A model generated the notes under the pieces. The model did not search any database. It was not told the DNA's origin and worked only from the letters and a program-made list of their open reading frames with translations. Shown here in pieces: positions 57,577 to 64,000 of a DNA stretch of 64,000 bases. The position numbers were made by a program, and so were the translations under genes. Source of the stretch: an uncultured delta proteobacterium (GTDB taxonomy: Bacteria > Desulfobacterota > Binatia > Binatales > Binataceae); the NCBI GenBank assembly GCA_963755705.1, contig CAVWKW010000003.1:836067-900066 (forward strand), written 5' to 3'. The number at the start of each line of letters is the position of its first letter. The first letter of the stretch is position 1.

Positions 57577-57816
57577 CGCGTAGTTCGTTCGACCTGGATA
57601 AAACGAACGCCGAATGTGAAATGATCCTTCGGCGTCTGACGCTTCGAATGCTAGCCGGAACCAAAAGTACTCGCAAGGAAGCAAATTCGGTCACGAATTA
57701 TCAAGCGAGCAACTACCATCGTTCGGTCGCGGATACTATCGAGCGATCGCATTTACCTGAGCGCAAGAATCGGGGAAAATGGACGCGGCGCTGGTGGAAG
57801 AATCGAAGGAGACTTA

Positions 57817-59886
57817 TTGATAGTGGCGAGAAGGAATTGGCGGCGTTGTAGATCCGTCCCACACATCGCGCTGGCGCTGCTGTTTCTGCTCTTCCTATCT
57901 TATCCCGCGATCGGGAAGGCTGCCTCGTTCGCCGGCGTCCTTACCTATCACAACGACAATCTTCGTACCGGCCAAAATCTTTCCGAAACGATCCTCACGC
58001 CCTCCAACGTCAACTCGGCGCAGTTCGGTCTGCTGTTCACCGCGAGCGTTGATGCTCAGATATACGCGCAGCCGCTGTATGTACCGGCGGTGGCCATTCC
58101 AAAGAATGGCACGCACAATATCGTGATCATCGTGACCGAGAACGACAGCGTTTACGCATTCGACGCGGACACCGCCGGACCAGCCTTGTGGCACACCAGT
58201 CTCTTGAGCAACGGCGCGATTGCGATTCCTGCCGGCGATACCGGATGCGGCGATTTGACCCCGCTCATCGGAAGCACCAGCACGGGCGTGATCGATCCTG
58301 CCACGAATATCTTGTACCTAACGGCCGCCACCAAAGAAGCGAATGGGACTTACGTCTATCGCCTGCACGCACTGGACGTCGCCAACGGGTCCGAGGAGCG
58401 AACCTCTCCGATCGTGATTCAGGGTTCAGTCGCGAGCACCGGATCCAACGCGAAGAGTGGCCAGATCTCACTGTCAGCTTTTTTCAATAATCAGCGGTCC
58501 GCGTTGCTGCTCGACGGCAGCGTACTTTACATGGCGTTTTCGTCGCATTGCGATTTCCCTCCGTACAATGGTTGGGTTGTTGGCTATAACAAGACCTCGC
58601 TTTCGCAGTTGGCGCTCTACAGCATCGATCCAGATGGAACCGACGGCGGCATCTGGATGAGCGGCGGCGGATTGGCGGCCGACGCAACCGGAGACGTTTA
58701 CCTCGCGACCGGCAACGGCACCTTCGACGCCAACATCGGCGGCCCAGACTACGGTGACAGCTTGATGCGGCTCACTCCTTCCGGCACGAGCTTCAAGGTC
58801 AACACCTATTTCACCCCGTCTAACCAGCTCGGCCTCTCCCAGTCCGATCAGGATCTTGGGTCAGGCGCCTTGCTACTCCTGCCGGATCAACCGACTGCGC
58901 CGACGCATCTTGCAATAGGCATGGGCAAGCAGGGCGTGCTCTATCTGGTCAACCGCGATGGAATGGGCGGTTATCAGACGGGAGCCAACGGCGCCGACAA
59001 CGTAGTCCAGGAGATCAGCGGGGTCGGAGGCATGTTCAGCACGCCTGCCTATTTCAGCAACAACATTTACATTAGTCGCGCTAACCAATTTCCGCAGCAA
59101 TACTCGATCAGTAATGGGATGCTGTCGAACCCGCCGGTTCAGACCTTCCCTGTGACCTTCGCGTGGCCCGGCGCGACGCCGTCGATTTCGGCTGACGGAA
59201 GCGAGAACGCGATTCTGTGGATGATCGCCAACATGAATAACATCGCGGTGCTTTATGCGCTCGACGCCTCAAACATCAGCACCGAACTGTATGACAGCTC
59301 GCAGAACGCAACCCGTGACATGGCTGGAACCTACAACAAATTCCAGGTTCCCACCGTCGCCAATGGGAAAGTCTACGTCGCCACGCAGACCCAGCTCGCC
59401 GTGTATGGGTTGCTCGCCGGTTCCAGTCCCACGCCAACCAACACCGCGACGCCGCAGCCGACGCCAGGCGCGGAAAACGTGGTGACAGTGACGCACACGG
59501 TTACCGGCATCGCGCATCCGGGAAACTCACGCAGCGGCGGCACGTTTATGCTGAGCAACGCAACCGGCGCCGCGGAGACGATCAACTCGGTGACGGTGAC
59601 CTTCAGCAACGCGGCAATGTTCAAATCGGCGAGGCTGAACGCCATCCACGCAACCGCGACGCGTTCGTCGAAAGTGACGCCACCGGCGGCGCAAACTCTG
59701 TTCACATTCAAAACACCGCTGAAGCTCCCGCCCAAGAAGAATGCCACGTTCCATCTGAATTTCACCGCGATCAAGGGAGCAGCCGCTCCGTCGGAACAGG
59801 TGGTAACCGGCGTCGCCACGTCGAGTTCGGCTCCGATGCTGGGGCTGCCGGGCAGCCTTGGATCCGTTTCACCGCCAACGAAATGA
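57817..59886 (+). CDS. secreted PQQ-like beta-propeller protein with Pro/Thr linker and C-terminal beta domain
   Basis: Signal peptide; VLTYHND..RTG.N..ET.LTP.NV, GG.W.SG.G.A.D, KF..PT.ANGKVYV. Confidence 0.75.
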   Translation: MIVARRNWRRCRSVPHIALALLFLLFLSYPAIGKAASFAGVLTYHNDNLRTGQNLSETILTPSNVNSAQFGLLFTASVDAQIYAQPLYVPAVAIPKNGTHNIVIIVTENDSVYAFDADTAGPALWHTSLLSNGAIAIPAGDTGCGDLTPLIGSTSTGVIDPATNILYLTAATKEANGTYVYRLHALDVANGSEERTSPIVIQGSVASTGSNAKSGQISLSAFFNNQRSALLLDGSVLYMAFSSHCDFPPYNGWVVGYNKTSLSQLALYSIDPDGTDGGIWMSGGGLAADATGDVYLATGNGTFDANIGGPDYGDSLMRLTPSGTSFKVNTYFTPSNQLGLSQSDQDLGSGALLLLPDQPTAPTHLAIGMGKQGVLYLVNRDGMGGYQTGANGADNVVQEISGVGGMFSTPAYFSNNIYISRANQFPQQYSISNGMLSNPPVQTFPVTFAWPGATPSISADGSENAILWMIANMNNIAVLYALDASNISTELYDSSQNATRDMAGTYNKFQVPTVANGKVYVATQTQLAVYGLLAGSSPTPTNTATPQPTPGAENVVTVTHTVTGIAHPGNSRSGGTFMLSNATGAAETINSVTVTFSNAAMFKSARLNAIHATATRSSKVTPPAAQTLFTFKTPLKLPPKKNATFHLNFTAIKGAAAPSEQVVTGVATSSSAPMLGLPGSLGSVSPPTK

Positions 59887-59898
59887 TCCGCCGTGGCG

Positions 59899-60183
59899 CT
59901 ACTTGGACGATTCGGGTTTAGCCGCGCCCAGCCTGGGATCGTCCTCCGAGATACAGATCGACGACTTGAGACGGCTCAAGGTGGCCGTCGCTGCGGGATC
60001 TTTGGTGGCATGGCCGATCTCCGTCTCGAGTTCGGCGATACAACTGCCCTTGACGCTGAACACGAAGCCGCGCTGCCATTGCTTCAGCGGCGCGGACACG
60101 TCGAAACTGCCGCCTTTTGATATCGGCGGCATCAGCATGTACCAGAGAGACAGCGTCAGTGCGGCTGCGTGGCGAAATTTCAT
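59899..60183 (-). CDS. small exported protein (paralogue of 19327-19632)
   Basis: MKFRHAAAL…WYM.MPP…FDVSAPLKQW…C…C…DDPRL. Confidence 0.65.
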   Translation of the reverse strand: MKFRHAAALTLSLWYMLMPPISKGGSFDVSAPLKQWQRGFVFSVKGSCIAELETEIGHATKDPAATATLSRLKSSICISEDDPRLGAAKPESSK

Positions 60184-60217
60184 TCTACTAGATCGCCTAT
60201 GCTAGAGGCTCGGATTC

Positions 60218-62635
60218 GTGTTGCGTGTTCCTCTCCTCTCTTATCATGGGTGCGCGATTCTCGCGATTCTCGCGTGCGTGGCGTTCTCTCCATGCGCCGC
60301 CGCCGCGCCCTCGACGCGCCACTTCTCCGGCAGCGTGGTCGATTCGATCGGCAAGCCGGTCGCCGGCGTAGTTCTGCGCGTTCAATCCTCCAATGGGGTC
60401 ATCGCGGCGAAGTCCCGAAGCGACGCGTCCGGCCACTTCGCGCTGGAACTGAGTCCGGGAACCTACCGGCTCACTGCCGACCATGCGGGTTTCGAGAGTG
60501 CGCAGCGCGCGATCACCGTCGCCGCCACGTTTAATCCGGCGCCGATCGTAATCGCGATGAAATCGGTAGGGCCATTGACCTTGCAGGGGGTGACGGCGCA
60601 GCTCGACCGCGCCCGCAATGATCTCTCGCCCGAAACCGGCGGCACCGCATACCGGTTTGATCAGCCTGCCATCCAGCGGCTGCCCGAGGGGCAGGACACC
60701 GCCCTCGCGCAAGTGCTGCAGCAGGCGCCTGGCGTCAGCCAGGACAGTTACGGTCAGGGTCAGGAGCAGATCCATATCAACGGCGAGAACGGCGGCGGAG
60801 TTCAATACCGCATCAACGGCGTGTTCCTGCCGGAAGCAGTCACCAGCTTCGGCGAGCTGTTCAGCCCCCGTTTCGTAAACAGCGTCACGCTCCTGACCGG
60901 CGCGCTCCCCGCTCAATTCGGATGGCGCAACGAGGGTGTGATCGACATTCACACCAAGGATGGATGCTCCGGCGGCGGCGCGAGCAACAACAATTTTTCA
61001 TTCTTTGGCGGCCAGCATACGACGATGCAGCCGAGCTTCGAGCTGGGCGGGTGCGAGGGACGTTTCAGCTATTACGTGGCCGGATCCTATATGCAAAATG
61101 ATCTCGGACTGCAATCGCCCACCTCGAGCCCTGATCCGGGTCACGATCGCACCTATCAGGGCCAGGGCTTCGCGAACCTGTCGTGGCTGATCAATTCCAC
61201 GACGCGCCTCTCGCTGATCGCCGGCACGTCGGTAAACTATTTCCAGATTCCGCCCGAGCCGGGCATCCCGCAGCAACACGTGCTGAGCGGCGTGCCGAGC
61301 TATCCGTCCGCGAACGTCCGCGAGAGCGAGTTCGAGCAAAGTTATTACGACATCCTGTCGCTCCAGGGATCGATCGGCGCGGATACCACCTATCAGCTAG
61401 CTGCGTTCAACCGTTACTACTCGTTGACCTACAATCCCGATCCGGTAGGCGATCTCATCTACAATGGAGTCGCCGCGAAGATTCTGCACACCAGCTTCAT
61501 CAGCGGATTGCAGGAAGACACCCGCTACCGCCTCAGCTCCACCGACACGATTCGCGCGGGATTTTATTTCAGCGGCGAGGCTATCGAGCTCGACGATCAT
61601 GCCGAGACTTTTCCGGCGAAGGACGGGGTGCAGACCGGCACGACTCCAATCTCGATCGTCGATGACCACAATCAAATTGCGTGGCTGCTGGGATTCTATG
61701 CGCAGAACGAATGGCATCCGACCGAGAAGCTGACCATCAACATCGGCGCGCGATGGGACCTGATGAGCGCGTTCGTCACCCAGAATCAGTTCAGCCCGCG
61801 CGTGGGAGTTGAGTACGCATTGTTTCCCGGCACCATCCTGCACGGCGGCTACGCGCGCTATTTCAAGGTCCCGCCGTTTGACCAGGTCGCGCTCGAGACC
61901 GTCAAGGCATTCGCCAACACCACCAACGCCGCGCCGGTCAACAGCGGCAACGATCGTATTCCGGCCGAGCGCGACGACTACTTCGACGCGGGCATCCGCC
62001 AACGCATCTTCGGCGGCCTCAACGCGGGAGTGGACGGCTTTTACAAAATCGGGCACGACCAGCTCGACCTCGCGCAGCTCGCCGGCAGCGTGGTCACCGC
62101 GCCGCTTAGTTATTCGCAGAGCCGCGCATGGGGCTCGAGCTTCAGCCTCAACTACAAGCGTGAGTCGCTCACCGCGTACTTCAACTTCGCGTACTCGGTC
62201 CTGCAGGCGAAGAACATCGATGCGGGCGCGTTCCTCGCCGACGATGCCGCCGAGATCAGCTATATCGCGAAACATTGGGTGACGCTCGACGACAACCAGA
62301 TGTTCGTCGGCTCGGGCGGTGTGTCCTACAATCTGTTTGGATTTCTGCTCACCGCGGATGCGATCTGGGGCAGCGGTTATCGCCGCGGCTTCGCCAACTC
62401 AGGAGAGCTGCCGCCGATCCTGCAATTCAACGCCGGCCTCGTGCGCACGTTCAAGATCCCGCAATTCGGTCCGGTCGAGGGCCGCATCGCGATGATCAAC
62501 CTGTTCGATCACAGCTACGAAATTCGCAACGGCACCGGCATCGGAGTGTTCTCGCCGTCGTTCGGACCTCGGCGCGCGCTTTACGGAGGAATCCGGATCC
62601 CGCTGGGACAGGCAGCCCGCAGCGCGCAGCCTTGA
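60218..62635 (+). CDS. TonB-dependent receptor with N-terminal carboxypeptidase-regulatory-like domain
   Basis: SG.V.D..G.PV.G..V; plug L…PGV; barrel motifs GARWD, FSPR.G, NLFD..Y. Confidence 0.88.
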   Translation: MLRVPLLSYHGCAILAILACVAFSPCAAAAPSTRHFSGSVVDSIGKPVAGVVLRVQSSNGVIAAKSRSDASGHFALELSPGTYRLTADHAGFESAQRAITVAATFNPAPIVIAMKSVGPLTLQGVTAQLDRARNDLSPETGGTAYRFDQPAIQRLPEGQDTALAQVLQQAPGVSQDSYGQGQEQIHINGENGGGVQYRINGVFLPEAVTSFGELFSPRFVNSVTLLTGALPAQFGWRNEGVIDIHTKDGCSGGGASNNNFSFFGGQHTTMQPSFELGGCEGRFSYYVAGSYMQNDLGLQSPTSSPDPGHDRTYQGQGFANLSWLINSTTRLSLIAGTSVNYFQIPPEPGIPQQHVLSGVPSYPSANVRESEFEQSYYDILSLQGSIGADTTYQLAAFNRYYSLTYNPDPVGDLIYNGVAAKILHTSFISGLQEDTRYRLSSTDTIRAGFYFSGEAIELDDHAETFPAKDGVQTGTTPISIVDDHNQIAWLLGFYAQNEWHPTEKLTINIGARWDLMSAFVTQNQFSPRVGVEYALFPGTILHGGYARYFKVPPFDQVALETVKAFANTTNAAPVNSGNDRIPAERDDYFDAGIRQRIFGGLNAGVDGFYKIGHDQLDLAQLAGSVVTAPLSYSQSRAWGSSFSLNYKRESLTAYFNFAYSVLQAKNIDAGAFLADDAAEISYIAKHWVTLDDNQMFVGSGGVSYNLFGFLLTADAIWGSGYRRGFANSGELPPILQFNAGLVRTFKIPQFGPVEGRIAMINLFDHSYEIRNGTGIGVFSPSFGPRRALYGGIRIPLGQAARSAQP

Positions 62636-62694
62636 CACCTATGTCAGCGCCGGCTTGGTGCGCTATAGGAAAACGCGGCAGGAGGATCCCGGCG

Positions 62695-63585
62695 ATGCGT
62701 GAGCGGCGAAACAAAACTGACAGGTCCAATTCCAGCACGAAAGATTCCCGCGCCTTCGAGACGATCGAGGTGGAAGTTGACGGAGCGCTCGGCCGTCTGC
62801 TCCTCAATCGTCCCGAACGCCTAAACGCGATCAGCACGACGATGCTGCAAGAGATCGTCGAAGCGGCCAGGTGGTTCGACAGCCATCGCGAGCTGCGCGT
62901 CGTCATCGTAAGGGGCGCGGGCCGGGCCTTCTGCGCCGGCGCCGATCTGCAAAATTCACCGGCCGCCGCCGCAATGCCGCAAGCGCGCCACAGTTGGATC
63001 TACCGTCGCGAGGCGGGACAGTACGGTCTACGCGCCGCCGACGCCCTGGAGCAGATGCGCGCGGTGACGATCGCGCAGGTCCACGGCTATGCCGTCGGCG
63101 GCGGCGTCGTCTTCGTCTCCGCCTGCGACCTGCGCGTAGCCGCCGACGACGCGTCGTTCTTTATTCCCGAGATCGATCTCGGCATCCCGCTGACCTGGGG
63201 CGCGATCCCCCGCCTCGTCCGGGACATCGGACCCGCACTGACCAAGGAACTGGTGATGACGTGCAGGCGCTTCGCACCACCCGAGGCGAAAGCGATCGGG
63301 TTCATCAATCGAGTAGTGCCAGCCGCAGACCTCGAACGCGAAGTGAATCAACTCGCCGCCGAACTGATTGCCAAGCCCTCGGTGCCGATCGCAATCACCA
63401 AAGAGCACGTCAACGCGGTCGCCCGCGCGACAGGAGCAACATCATTCGCCGACGGCGATTCACTGATCGCAGCTCTCGCCGACGAAGAATCGCGAGCCGC
63501 CCGGAGCACCTACATGGCAAGAACGATCAGCCGCCGCAGCTCCGCCCACGCCGCGAAATCCTCGCGCGGCAGAGACCCGCGCTGA
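62695..63585 (+). CDS. enoyl-CoA hydratase/isomerase family protein
   Basis: LNRPE.LNAI, FCAGADL, VHGYAVGGG, F.IPE..LG; SD AGGAGG before ATG 62695. Confidence 0.9.
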   Translation: MRERRNKTDRSNSSTKDSRAFETIEVEVDGALGRLLLNRPERLNAISTTMLQEIVEAARWFDSHRELRVVIVRGAGRAFCAGADLQNSPAAAAMPQARHSWIYRREAGQYGLRAADALEQMRAVTIAQVHGYAVGGGVVFVSACDLRVAADDASFFIPEIDLGIPLTWGAIPRLVRDIGPALTKELVMTCRRFAPPEAKAIGFINRVVPAADLEREVNQLAAELIAKPSVPIAITKEHVNAVARATGATSFADGDSLIAALADEESRAARSTYMARTISRRSSAHAAKSSRGRDPR

Positions 63586-63758
63586 ATCGTGCACGCGGCC
63601 GATCATCGCAAGGTCGCGCTCCGAGCTTGGCGCCGGTGTGCATGGAAACTCTGGCCAGCCAGCGTGTGGAAAACCCGGAATTGCGCCGGTTATCTGCGTG
63701 TTCACTTCGGGTGTAGAATCCACCCTTGATGCTGCTACACCGTCTTCACACCGAATCG

Positions 63759-64000
63759 TCATCGGACGCCCTGACCAGCGCCATAATAGATCGCGTCCAG
63801 CGTCTTGAGCGCGAACAGGCGGAGCTTCGCGCGCGGCTGGATGGCGAGCGCCAGCTTCGATTTCTCGCGGCGCAGATCGTCGGAGCGGCGCAATTTGCGC
63901 CGGTCATCGGTGCTGCGGTCGAGAACTTCGCCCAAGCGATGCGCGCGCCGGCCCCTCGCGGACGCGCTGGCGGACTCGCCCGCGCGCGCGGTGCCTGGCG
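63759..64000 (-). CDS. 3' end of an unidentified CDS (runs off the window's right edge)
   Basis: Open frame …RLGEVLDRSTDDRRKLRRSDDLRREKSKLALAIQPRAKLRLFALKTLDAIYYGAGQGVR*. Confidence 0.5.
   Translation of the reverse strand, partial: PGTARAGESASASARGRRAHRLGEVLDRSTDDRRKLRRSDDLRREKSKLALAIQPRAKLRLFALKTLDAIYYGAGQGVR

Noticed and set aside
63460-63762. 100-aa minus-strand ORF with ATGA overlap
   Set aside because: It overlaps the enoyl-CoA hydratase 3' end by 126 nt and has no recognisable features.
1-64000. CRISPR array, rRNA, riboswitches (cobalamin near the mutase or TBDR; T-box before tyrS)
   Set aside because: No regularly spaced repeat-spacer array or conserved riboswitch core was seen by eye; an Infernal/Rfam scan would be needed to exclude them formally.

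Overview
GC-rich bacterial chromosome segment; the gene families are consistent with Candidatus Binatota or a related soil lineage (inference only). Most of it is housekeeping: tyrS, pth, hisC, typA, pgl, tkt, fabF/fabH, an Ecm/MeaA-type B12 mutase, a caa3 oxidase plus Rieske/cytochrome b-c operon, and an lvaCAB-like ACAD/kinase cluster. There are two accessory insertions. (1) A type II R-M cassette (beta-class MTase plus PaeR7I-family endonuclease) sits between tkt and pgl. (2) A 16.9-kb integrative mobilizable element sits in the 3' end of tRNA-Cys(GCA), bounded by a perfect 49-bp duplication (24861-24909 / 41782-41830). Its backbone is int, xis, MOB-F relaxase, T4CP, RHH protein, DUF2274, a lone TrbC/VirB2 pilin and an ImmA/ImmR-like pair. 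I found tandem arm-type repeats at both ends, and the operator-like palindrome GCTA-NN-TAGC upstream of all three backbone transcription units. The best candidate for an undescribed system is its cargo: a mini-YD protein, a Sec-exported Rhs protein whose C-terminal payload starts with a lipobox-like AGC-Gly9, a DUF1329 protein, and a divergently transcribed intact Lnt N-acyltransferase. All family assignments come from motif recognition; no database searches were run.
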